A stretch of DNA of 64,000 nt from Ophelia neglecta (lineage: Eukaryota): NCBI GenBank assembly GCA_965285935.1, contig OZ260665.1:84010001-84074000 (forward strand), in the 5' to 3' direction. The notes beneath the pieces were generated by a model. That model saw nothing but the letters and a program-made list of their open reading frames with translations. It was not told where the DNA came from and ran no database searches. Every line of letters begins with the position of its first letter. The first letter of the stretch is position 1. This document shows positions 1 to 11,441 of the stretch, piece after piece. A program made the translations under genes and the position numbers.

Positions 1-600
1 TCAACAGCCTGTATACTACTTTCCAAAACTTGAGGATGGACTGAGGGAAGGTCATGTTAGTAGTTGTCTTTAGCGAGCTAAATTTTTGCCTTTTTAAGAC
101 GCAAGAGGAATGCAATGCTTTTTGGTTGTTGCGAACTATCACACAGCGCCCTCAAGAAAATCATAAATTCAGGCAAAAGTTTGGCACTTGACATTACATG
201 AACTAAGTCACTTGAAATTTGCCTAATCTCACAGACACATTTTTCTTCATGATGTTCGACCGTTTCTTTAGTGGTCTTTTCCTAGGTGCATTGCCAAGTT
301 TCCTTTTCAGTATGGAGGAAATGGTTTTATTTGGTGTGTAGATTAATTGTGCTGGGGTTTCAGGCACGACAGTGCATGCTGTGTTGGGGTCTTCATTCTC
401 TGTTGCATCAACCCTTGTAGTGGTTGCTAAACCTGTATCAAGCATTGGTGTGTCCATAGCATTTATCTGGCTTGTGCGTCTTTGTTTTTGCAACCTTTTC
501 CAGGATCGGGAGGCAAACAAACTTAATGTACTTCGTTTCCTCTTTTTCGTCCTGCAATGTTCAGACAGTTACTTCTCAGATACATGTAATGTTTTCTAAT
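1..600 (-). pseudogene. Decayed ORF remnant, probably transposon-derived, upstream of the Crypton-derived exon (likely intronic)
   Basis: The minus ORF 203-520 continues through several stops to '...KTTTNMTFPQSILKFWKVVYRL' at the window edge. This resembles the T-x-M-x-Y..FW..xY-x-LF segment I recall from repetitive uncharacterised mollusc ORFs. Confidence 0.3.
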
Positions 601-1493
601 AAAATCCCCATCAAGATGTTTTCTATGCACATTATAGACGTTGCTGTTTATTTAATAATTCTTTCATTTATATCTTCTTCTACTTTGCCCTTAAACTTTA
701 TTTCCCTGTTGTACATCATGTATAATGACTAGATGCAACTATATGATGTTTGGCTAGAGTGGTATTGGCTAACACTTTCTAATACGAATGTTTTTGGCTA
801 AGTGATAATGCAGAACGTCGCAAACTTTGGTTAGTTTTCCCCCTAGCATTCAGTCATTTGCGGACCCAGATCCCTTACTTATATCACCAGCACTCCCAGG
901 CAGTCCTGTACATGTTTAGTTGAAGAAAAATCAAGGGAAAATGAAGCTTGATAGTTTGGAAACTTTGTGTGTTTGACAGTTGAGGTTCACCACAAGGATG
1001 AGCATCCTGCTAATCAAAAGTGTTTTAGCTGAGTCTGAAGCTGAATTCTGGTTTATTGCAGTGATATGTAGTATAGTATAATTGACTTTTTCGTAAATTA
1101 GCATTATTAGGTCTGACTGGGAGTGTCTCTACTCGCATATCTTTGAAATTATTATGGGAAAATTTTTTACCTCCCCCCCCCCCCATGGAATAGCTCAATG
1201 AAAAATTAGCAGTCAGTAAAACCAATTTGCTGTCACCAGTTAATAATGCTTATGGTAAATTGTAACTTATTAGTTACTGCAAAGTCAGATATGTTAACTA
1301 GAAATTAATTGTTGAAGAAATTATTCATCATTTGATTCCCATGAGAACACATTTCTTTTAAATTTGTGGAATATTTTTCCCACAAACATTTCTGACTTTA
1401 AAGTAATTGGTTTTAGAAAACTTCATTATCCTTTCAATTTTCTGAAAGTCTTCAAAAAAAATGAAGCCACCACACTGGCTAAAAAGAATAATA

Positions 1494-1845
1494 TGGTGAA
1501 ACCTGGCTTAAAGACAACCTCTATAATCAGACCACCTGTGAATCCAGGCCAATAATATTAAACTGTACACTTCCAGTGTGAAATGATCTGTCTAAACAGA
1601 CCACCTCTGTGATCAGACCAATATTTTCCAGTCCCTTGGGTGGTCTGAATTCCCAGGTTTCATTGTACATTGCAACCTGCCTTAAAGACCAACTCTATAA
1701 TCAGACCACCTGTCAATTCAGACCACCAATATGAGGATGTTGCTGTATGCTTTCAATGTTAAATAACCTGTCTAAACAGACCACCTTCAAAATCAGACCA
1801 GTATTCTCCAGTCCCTGTGGTGATCTTAATTTACAGGTTGTAATA
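1494..1845 (+). mobile_element. Two head-to-tail copies of a ~180-bp TA-flanked MITE (CAGTG-AAACCTG termini; Tc1/mariner-pogo type)
   Basis: Termini resemble cagtgaaacctg...caggtttcactg, internal agaccacc repeats are present, and the copies share a TA at 1666-1667. Confidence 0.85.
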
Positions 1846-1907
1846 TAACAATATCACTGTATATAATTGAACAGTAACCCTAATAAGTTGTGTTGATCTT
1901 ATTACAG

Positions 1908-2667
1908 ATATGGCATTCAGCGACATTTCCAGAGCAAGAGGGGCATTGACATCATTAAAGATGCAGGCTTCCAGTCCTCAAACGATATGTACCTCACAAT
2001 GAAATTAAAAGTAAAACGTGAAGGCAAATGGGAGGCTAAACGCAAGGTGCCAGTAACTGTAGAAGATTGGAAGAAACTTCACGACAGTGGGCTACTAGAC
2101 ACGGACAAACCGGAAACGCTGCAAAACAAGGTGTTCTTGGATGTCATGCTCTTTATCAGAAACCATGGTCGTAGTAGAGGAACCCTCAGATGTCTGAAGA
2201 AATGTGACTTTAAAATATCTCTAGATTCAAAAGGACGACGGCTTGTACATTTTGCGTATGACAATGTGGATGAGAAACCTAAGATAGCTATGTATGCAGA
2301 TGGTACTAGCATGTGTCCAGTGGCTAGCTTTGAGAAATATCTCTGCAAACTGAACCCTAAATGTGAAGCTTTGTTCCAGAAACCAATTCCAATACCAAAA
2401 CTTCTTATGGCAAAAAATGGTAGCTTGGAGGTGGAACCGGTGTGGTATGAGGCTACCGCCATCGGAAAGAACACACTGGGTACTAAGATGAAGGAGCTAT
2501 CTACCGCTGCTAACCTCGACAATGTGTATACCAACATGAGTCTGAAGCTCAACCCTGGCTCACGCAATTGGTCAGACATCTTCAAGGGACAGATGAATAA
2601 GCCCCAGCCTCACCCTCAGCCTCAATTCTCCTACCAGTTTGTGCTGATCCCTCAGAAACCCAGTTAA
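1908..2667 (+). CDS. Terminal coding exon of a Crypton-derived tyrosine-recombinase-fold protein (DUF3504-like; KCTD1-long/ZMYM/QRICH1 type); upstream exons lie outside the window or were not identified
   Basis: Acceptor ttattacAG ends at 1907. The open frame reads YGIQRHFQSKRGIDIIKDAGFQSSND-MYL... Crypton motifs include KPETLQNKVFLDVM, CPVASFEKYLCKLNP..ALFQKP, WY...IGKNTLGTKMKELS.AA.L...YTNMSLK. Stop TAA at 2665-2667. Confidence 0.85.
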
Positions 2668-3072
2668 TTGTCAATGAGAAGAGTAGTATGGATTCCACTT
2701 TGTGCTGATCCCTCAGAAACCAGCTTAATTGTCATGTGAGGAGAGCAGTATGCATTCCAGTTTGGGCTGGTCCCTCAGAAACCCATTTAATTGTCAATGA
2801 GAAGAGAAGTATGGAATCCACTACGGCTGATCCCTCAGAAACCAGCTTAATTGTCATGTGAGGAGAGCAGTATGCATTCCAGTTTGGGCCTGTCCTTCAG
2901 AAACTAAGTTAGTTGTCAGTGGGAAGAGTAGTATGGATTCCACTTTGTGCTGATCCCTCAGAAACCAGCTTAATTGTCATATGGGGAGAAGAGTATGCAT
3001 TCCAGTTTGGGCTGGTCCCTCAGAAACCATCTCATTTGTCAAGGGAGGAGAGTAGTATAGATACCAGTTTAT
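2634..3072 (+). repeat. 61/62-bp minisatellite, 7 units, alternating A/B variants, overlapping the stop codon of the Crypton-derived gene
   Basis: Units start at 2634, 2695, 2757, 2818, 2879, 2940 and 3002 (partial at 3064) with cca(g/c)tttg(t/g)gctg(a/g)tccctcagaaacc. Confidence 0.95.
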
Positions 3073-5449
3073 GTCCACTACTTGCAAAACATTGTAGTGG
3101 TCCTGTAAAGATGGTGCTACAAGCTGCCAGAGATTGTTATCAAAAAAGATGCTTTGAAAGCAAAATATTATGCACCAGATTTCTGTCCTGAAAGCTTTGC
3201 AGTTGATTCTAAGCTGCAAATTTGTGTCTCCAAAAATTAAATGTTCTTGATTAAGCTGAACCATGGCAGCATCTTGTTATAACACAGCTAAATAGAACTA
3301 AAACCTGTCTTATAATTAACACACAGTGTTAGATAACTGCAGATAACGATATTTTAGTACACATAGCTTTAAGAAAGGTGCTGTTGGCAGGTACGATAGG
3401 CTGTCGCTAACCTTACATTTTGGATCAACTTCATCAGCTGAATATATATTTTAGTTTTCCTTATACATTTTGTGAATGTTATTAATATCTGAAATAGTCT
3501 TTTAGGGACTAACATTGAAAATTAGCTTTTTTTACATGTTTTATGGCTATTAAATGTTATGACAAATCAGTAGACCTAAATATGGATTGTTGTGTGTAGT
3601 TATTTGTGATTGATCTGAGGTATTAGCAGTCTTCTTGTACTGTACATGGATCAGGTACACATCTCCCTGGCTTTTTTAACCATTGATAAAGGCTTTTAAT
3701 GGTGGTCAGGGCTTTAATGAGGGCCCCATGCAATAAAGTTAATATTGGTATTAACAATTAAATCATTGTACATATTGTCAGTATCATGACAGTCATTAGA
3801 TGATTGCCTTCAAAGTAATTTTGGGAGCTGTTATGTTGTAAGGGTAACTCAACAAGGACTGAAATTGAAGACTTGTTTGGGGTTCAACTGAAATCTCAAT
3901 TTTGCACAATTTTTATTTGGACAGTTCTCTGAATTTTCCCTCTTGATAGTGCTTTGACTATTGTAGGGAAATGATAACATAAGAAAAGGGAAATTTAAGA
4001 TAACATAGGAAAAGGGAAATTTAAGATAAATTGCTAAAATAAAATCCTTGCAATGTTTTGTCTATCACATTATTCTTAGACACCATTTACAAATGAAAAA
4101 ATATGTCACAAAATTAAAATTACCTGTTTGGCATACTTGATATGATAAACCTTTGTCCTGTAGAAGTGATTTGCATGCAAAGGTTAACATGCTTATTTTT
4201 AATAAGAGTACAATATTTTAGTGACTACACGTTAGAATCGTGACAGTAAAGTTGTAAATCTTAAACCGGGTTCTGTGTTTCGGTCTTCTACACCTCCCCA
4301 TAGTGACCGTCTGGCATCTTCACTGAGAGTTTTTGTGACAGATACCTTTGGTGATTGCTAACCAAACTGCCACCAAAAATAACTGCTACTAGTCATAAAA
4401 GTATCATTGTTAAATTGTGCACAAACTACAAATATTCTGGCTGTACCCAGAAGTGTTAAGTACTGGTTTACTTAATTTTACTAAATTATGTATACAATTA
4501 TAAATGTTTATGAAAAAGTTTCATAATTGAAGTGTCTCTTTCAACTTTCTTAATGCAATTCTATGGATATGATTTTTCCCAAGAGACATACCGAGTCATA
4601 TTGCTTTATAGTGGAATTTTGATAGTTGAAACAAGCGGTTCTTACCTACCCTAAATTACCTTGGCATATCACAAACAACAAATGTATGGAGTCAAAAATT
4701 TTACATTTAGTTATAACTTATGTGGTATTTGGGTTCTAATATATGAATGGTCAAAATAGAAAGAAAATACCGGGTTTGAGTATATATTTATCCAGCGACT
4801 ATTAGGTGGTTTGTAAAAAGTAAAGTAATATATAAAATCTGTAAATAAAGATAAATACATGTGTAAGTTACTCGGAGACAAAGCATGTAATATACCATTA
4901 TAGATAGGCTCCAAGATAATATTAAAGAAATTGACTTGTACCTTCTCTATAGGTTTTAATCATGTATTTCTTATAAAGGTTATTAAAGTTATTTCCATAT
5001 CAATTCTCCTGTAGAATTACAGAAAACATAATCATTAATATGAAATATAATACATGTACAGCTATGGTTAGATGATATTTTACAACTTACCCAGTAGAGA
5101 ATTGGATTTAAATCCTACAAAAATACAAGGTCCTATTCCTATTCCTAGTCAGTTGCCATGTAAAAAGTGATGCCCTTTCAATATATTTGAATTAACTGGC
5201 ATGGGAGACCCATGTGACTGGTGCGACGGTGTCGCTGCATAGTGGACAATTAAAATACATGCAACATAATCATTACTGGGAAATACTACATTCCCACACT
5301 TATTATATTATATACAATATAGAGGCCGATAGAAGTAACTAGATTGGGTTTTTAAACAATCCCAGCACAGCTCATGTTGACCTTTAGGTTTCTCAAGGAA
5401 ATGCTTCATAATAATTAAGAGGGTTCTTAAAAGAGTCTTAGTCTCAAGT

Positions 5450-5666
5450 CACCACCAAAGTGTGGCCGAGTGGTTAGGGTGTCCGCCTCACAAGTGGTAG
5501 ATCGGGGTTCGAATCCGGATCGCGTCAAACCCAAGACGTAAAAATAGGTACTGATAGCTCCCCTGCCAGACGCCAGGTATTTTAAAGAGGGCATTGAGCC
5601 CACTGTCACAAGCGATATGACCATATAAGTCACGTAAAGCCACGTAAAAAAACCCAACAACCAACC
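5450..5666 (+). mobile_element. tRNA-derived SINE, internally deleted copy
   Basis: A box TGGCCGAGTGG at 5463-5473 and B box GGTTCGAATCC at 5506-5516. Core caaacccaagacgtaaaaataggtactgatagctcccctgcc resembles Meta/MESC-type cores from memory. AAC/AACC tail. About 110 bp is missing relative to the 13583-13911 copy. Confidence 0.9.
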
Positions 5667-6318
5667 TGGAGTCACACCAGAACACTCGACTAATCTCTGG
5701 ACATGCCTGAGCCCTACTTGGGCCGAGGGGTATTACCTTAGCTTCTACAGTCATTTCATTTATTATCTTTTAATTTTCAGACTACATAAAGACCAGTTTT
5801 GGTAAATACTTTTCCATTTTCCATTCATTTTAGGTAACTATTATTATTCTATTATGCAAAAATTAATTCCCATAATATATGAAAAAGTTGCCTTTTAGTA
5901 CTTGTTGAAAGCCACGTAAAACCCCAAACAACCAACCAACCAACTCAATTTAAGTCTGAGTATAGACTTACACTTGGGCTTTACTCAATACTGTAAATAG
6001 ATGTCTTAGACTGGTGGCTTTGTCATCAATAATCTTTATCAACCGGCTCCAGTTAGTTTTTATACAATAACAACAGTAAAATCCACACATTCTAATATTT
6101 AGTACATAGTGTAATGGTAAATGTTAGCTTGAGATTAAAATCTCAAATTTTGCAAACATTTGATTGGCTCTGAAATTAAAACTCGTGACAATTGTATTTG
6201 CATGTATATCTCTAGCCAAAAAAAATTCAGAGTGTTATTTCCTGCAAAATAATGAACCTAAACCTGAGCAAACATTTTGTTATAGTTATCACAATTACTT
6301 TGATGGATCAACCAACCT

Positions 6319-6520
6319 GAGATGTTTCTTCATTGGAGGGTTAGGGTGGGCTGTGGTGGGGTGGGGATGGGCGGAGTTTACAACAGATAACCATGTGGGT
6401 CATTTAATAGGTATATTTCCCCGAGATGTTTCTTCATTGGAGGGTTAGGGTGGGCTGTGGTGGGGTGGGGATGGGTGGAGTTTACAACAGATAACCATGT
6501 GGGTCATTTAACAGGTATAT
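6319..6520 (+). repeat. Near-perfect 104-bp tandem duplication with G-runs
   Basis: gagatgtttcttcattggagggttagggtgggctgtggtggggtggggatggg... starts at both 6319 and 6423. Confidence 0.95.
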
Positions 6521-7610
6521 AGTAATAGTAAAACATAAAAATGTCCCAACTTGGGGAGGAGGGAAATCAACATAAGTGATTAAATATAAGCCACTTTTTT
6601 TATTACTGTTATTTAACCAAGAACTATTTAACCAAGATTTTTCAAGCATGTAAAGGCTCCTGAATGATCAGCAGTGTAGAATGATAGATAACAAAAAACA
6701 CAGGCTTTAGGACTTGCATAGATGTTCATTTTGCAACAGTTTATTTACATAAATCATACCATAGTAGTTGCTGTATTTGAAATAACATTCAACCTCCTAT
6801 CTAGACCAATTTGGAGTTAAAAATTAAAACCAAACTGTAAACCAGGATAATAATTTTTCTCTGCATGAACATTTGGGTTTACGGTCACATGATATCGTAA
6901 TCTCCTTGTGAATATTTTTCATTTTATATCCTGTATATACCAATACCTGAAAGTGGTTCATATACATTGTAATTCACAGGACAACTTCAGGACAAATCAT
7001 CATTCAATTTATTTCAATGTGCACACATCACATAAGGAACACCACCACCAAGTGCATAAGGTATAGTAACCATAGGTACTGTTTAGTCAGAAATGTTCAT
7101 GGATTACGTGAATTGAAAACAATGTGTTTTAGTGGGAATTTAATTCTGCACAATTGCTACTACCACCATCTAGAGTGCTCTTTATATATTTTGTGGGCAT
7201 AGACTTCTAACTTCCTAGCAAACATTTCTGGTATTCTGGTACCACATCCTGTGCCTTTGGGATTGTTTGATGGACAATCTTCATCAATTGTATAGACTTT
7301 GATATAAAAAGAAATGGGAAGGTGGTATAAAGGTCATCCTATCAATTATAGAGAATAAAAGTCATACTCTTTCAACTTTGCCAACAAACATGTCTGAAGT
7401 AGTATCACCAGTAATAATGTTATTTTGTTGCACCATTTTATTCTTGGAATGTCATAAAATTTGTTTGTAAATTTTTTGTAAATAATTCTACATTTTTCTA
7501 TATTAGAATATAGAAACTCAGACAAATTTTTGTCATCTTTCAACAATCAAAATCATTAAAACAAATTTATTATTTCCCCAATAGGTTGTCAGAATCACAA
7601 TTTTTATATA

Positions 7611-7787
7611 CAGTGAAACCTGTGAAATGAGACCACCCAAGGGACTTGAAAATACTGGTCAAATTATGGAGGTGGTCTGTTTAAACTGGTTACTTCACAC
7701 AGAAAGCATATATTACGATCTCATATTAGTGGTCTGAATTAACAGGTGGCTTTAAGACAAAGCTGGTATTTAAGGCAGGTTTCACTG
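7611..7787 (-). mobile_element. TA-flanked CAGTG MITE, full copy
   Basis: ta|cagtgaaacctg ... caggtttcactg|ta. Confidence 0.9.
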
Positions 7788-7917
7788 TATCTATTAAACA
7801 TCCACACAAAATTATTTAAACTATCATCAGTTTTGTAACAAGACTAATTGTGTATGTTTTTGATACCTAACCCGGTGGCTAGCACAACCAAATTTTGAGC
7901 TACAATTTTTTTTACAC

Positions 7918-9266
7918 CTAAAGGGCTTGCTGTCTAGTGTGTGTGGCCAGATGCCGAGTCAGCTTACCTTTCTGACCGAACCCCTTGCCACATTTTTCAC
8001 ACTTGAATGGTCTCGCCTTAAAGTGTGTGCGTTTGTGTTGTGCAAGGCAGCTTGTGTTGTTATAGCGTTTCCCACATATAAAACACTTGTAGGGCTTTTC
8101 CCCTGTGTGAATACGAAGGTGTTGTGTGAGATGACTGGATACAACACACTTATACCCACATATGTTGCACTCATATGGTTTTTCACCTGTATGTTTGAAC
8201 TCATGGTATCTTAGACCACCTTTTGTGCAGAAACCTTTACCACACACCATACATTTGTGTGGTCTTTCCCCACTGTGCACACGCTGGTGAGTGTTAAAGC
8301 TGCTCTCGGTAATGAATCCCTTTTGGCATATAGTACACGTGTAAAACTTCTCCCCTGTATGCATGAGCTTGTGATTGTTCCAACCTTTTTCTGAACAAAA
8401 TGTTCTAGGGCAAAATGTGCATTTGTATGGTTGAACACCTTCATGTCTGCGCAGATGGGTGGCAAACCTGCTTTTTTCTTCATACCCTTTTCCACACAGA
8501 TTACAGTGAAAGCGTTTTTGATCCTGATGAGTTCTTTTGTGTGTTGACAAGGCCCCACTTACAGCGAATGTCTTACCACATACATCACATTTGAATGGCC
8601 GTTCACCAGTGTGGGATCGATGGTGTTCTTTCAATCGACCTGGCAGAAGAAACCTCTTACTACACACAGAACACTTGTAAGGTTTCTCTCCTGTATGTAG
8701 TTTCATATGGCTGGTGAGACTTTCTTTGCAAGTAAACCACTTTTCACAGATATCACATTTGTATGGTCTCTCTCCTGTGTGAATCTGAGCATGCCTCTTC
8801 ATGTGTGTTGAGTGTGAAAAAGCCTTGTTACAGACAGCACAAAGATAAGGCTTCTCTCCAGTGTGACGGCGCCTGTGGACTATTAAATTAGCATTGCAGG
8901 CAAACCCCTTACCACACTCGGGACATGAGAATGGTTTCTCCCCTGTATGTGTGTTCTCATGGTCTAACAAGGCTCCAGGAGCCTTGAAGGTTTTAGAACA
9001 TACTTTACACTTGTAGTTCTTCTCTCTCTTGTGTGTTAGTTTGTGCTCTTTGAGCTCCTCGGGGCTATCGAATTCTGCACTGCAGGTATGTGAGAGGCAC
9101 CGAAAAGGCCCTTGGTGGACTTTCATATGCCTCTGAATAGTGCCTTTAAAAACAACTCTATTACATATATGACACTTATCCCCGTCAATATGCATGTTTT
9201 TCTCAGGCCTAGCATCTTTTATAGGAGAATCCCTGGCATCCTTCTTTTTGGGAGGGGGCTTGTTTC
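7918..9266 (-). CDS. C2H2 zinc-finger gene A, last exon (15 tandem fingers)
   Basis: 15 C-x2/4-C...H-x3-H fingers with TGEKPY-type linkers. Acceptor ttttttAG at 9268-9267. The phase-1 junction matches the upstream exon. Confidence 0.95.
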
Positions 9267-9912
9267 CTAAAAAATTAATGAAATATTTAAATATCTATAT
9301 ATATTGTAACTGATTAAATGCTCACACTGGTTTAAATTCCTGTTCTTACACAAAATGGTACTTTGCATGTTTTTCCCTTGACCCCAAGTGGTCAAGGGAA
9401 ATCACTGAATTTACCAGGCAGATAATTAACTTGTTTATGCAATTAATACAATAATTCATCCTGTCATGCCTATTGTCAATTTAAGAAGGAAAAATTACTG
9501 CTTTTTTCTTGTAGCCCCCAATGAGAAGGGAGAAATGTATTGGAGTCTATCTGTTGCCACCACTGGAATTTGTTATCAATTATTGTTTTAGCCGAGTTAT
9601 TTTACATGCTAGCCAAGCTGAAGGCAATAGGATTATGAATAATTTTCTCTCCAATTTTTGGGCAACTAAACTTTGATCTGAGCACATAAAATATCACACT
9701 TACTGGCCTGGGAGTGGTGTAAGATTTCAAACATATTTTCAGCACTGCAAATAGCCATGTTGCAGTGACTTAAACCATTAGTGAAGGGAAAAAAATACAA
9801 TGAGTTGAACCTCCAAATTTCAACTTTCTTGTCTGGCTAAAAGTTTAGTCATGTAGTAAAAAAGTGCCTTTTTAAATATTCTATTTATGATAGTGTATGT
9901 AAGATTGAATAC

Positions 9913-11095
9913 CTTCATGTGTTGTTGGTGAGACTTGAGTGCCAACCAATTTAAAGACTCCTTTGCTCTTAGAGGTTTCACCTGTATCCTCTTGATAATT
10001 AGGTAATGGACCTTTCTTCTTTCGTCCCGATCGTCTAGGCCACATAAATTCTTCCAACACAGCCTCAGTTTCACCCAAGCTGTTTGACTCATTATCAGCC
10101 ATACAGGTATTGGAAAAAACTGGAGGATCAGCCGTACTATGACTGGACAAAACCTCGTTATCAACAATACAGTGATTGGAAACTATCTCATTATCAGTCA
10201 TACTGTGATTGGGCACAGTCTCTGTGTGAGCCGATTTGGTTTTATACTGTCTGGCAGGTTTCTCTTTCTCGGAGGATATTTTGCGAGATTCTGGACTGTT
10301 CTTGTTTTCTTCAGATCCACTGTTTGTCTTTGGGTTGTACAAGACATCTTCTTGATAATTTTGCCATTTTCTCTTCCTTTGTGACCTTCGCACCCACATT
10401 TTGTCTGACTTGATATCAGTATCACATGTAACATCAATAGGATCCATTTCATCTGTAATGTCAATGGATTGGTTACTCTGATTCAAAGTGTCAACAGATT
10501 GGTCATTATAGCCCATATTGTCTATGGAATGCATTTCACCTGTGATGTCAATGGACTGGTTACTCTCATTCGTGATGTCAGTGGACTGGTTACACTCCTT
10601 CATAACATCAATGGGCTGGTTAGTCTCCCCCATAATGTCAATTGGGCCTATATCACCTATGATGTCAATAGAATCTGCATCACTCAACGATATATCGCCA
10701 GGCGAACTGGCCACTACAATTCTTTCTTTCTCCACATTTTTAATAGAATCGAAGTTCGTTTTTTCAGTCTGATCAGTGCTTACTAGTATAGGAGATGTAT
10801 CTGGCACATTCTCAATGAATATTGTGAATTCTTCCTCTTCCATTTCTTCCTGAATTTCCTCATCAAGGTTAACACTATGCTGCCCAGCATTGGTGGTAAC
10901 CTCATTGATTGATTTCTGCTCTTTATTCTGGACATTACCACACATTTCAATACAGTATCTGGCATCATTTGGGGGCAATTTTCTCTCACTGTTTACAGTT
11001 TTCATGTTTGTCTTCAAGTCACTGATTTTGAATAATTTTAATTCCTTATTATCAATGTCCATCCTTTTTAAACTATTGATTTCAGATTCAAACAT
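9913..11095 (-). CDS. C2H2 zinc-finger gene A, acidic low-complexity N-terminal exon (spliced protein ~843 aa)
   Basis: 405-codon ORF. Acceptor cttttcttacAG at 11244-11243. Donor GAA G|GTATTC at 9913 is phase 1 and gives GGA with the next exon. Confidence 0.8.
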
Positions 11096-11441
11096 CACAG
11101 GGTTAAGGTTTTACGGTGTTTTGTCTTAAGTGAGCATTGCTCTGGAGTCTTTGACTGCCAAACTTGTGGGCTTGGAGAATATGTCCTGAATGGCTGTCAT
11201 GTTATCTGCAGATTCTCCAACCTCCATTTTGTTTCAGAGTTTCTGTAAGAAAAGAAGTATTGGTTAAATCATTGAATTTGTCTCAGCATATGCATCAAAA
11301 CACACTAGCGGGCATGAGAAAACTACTGGATGCTTGTGTCACATGCTCAACACATGCAAATTAAAAGGCCTGTTATAGTTTGTACATGGTAACTAAAAAT
11401 ATCCTAAAGACTATACAGACATAACCTTTTAAAGACTAGAA

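Noticed and set aside
2079-2585. Antisense 168-aa ORF, and similar shadow ORFs over the zinc-finger, LDLa and LINE exons
   Set aside because: Opposite-strand or alternate-frame by-products of real coding sequence with no recognisable motifs.
1908-2667. Active Crypton transposon or phage integrase
   Set aside because: The catalytic H-x-x-R and tyrosine are missing, the exon is spliced, and no element termini are visible.
2913-3191. 92-aa ORF after the Crypton-derived gene
   Set aside because: It is read through the minisatellite, starts at TTG and lies in the probable 3' UTR.
5450-5530. Possible tRNA gene (A and B boxes, anticodon-like loop)
   Set aside because: It runs directly into a SINE core and tail and recurs as dispersed copies with TSDs, so it is a SINE head.
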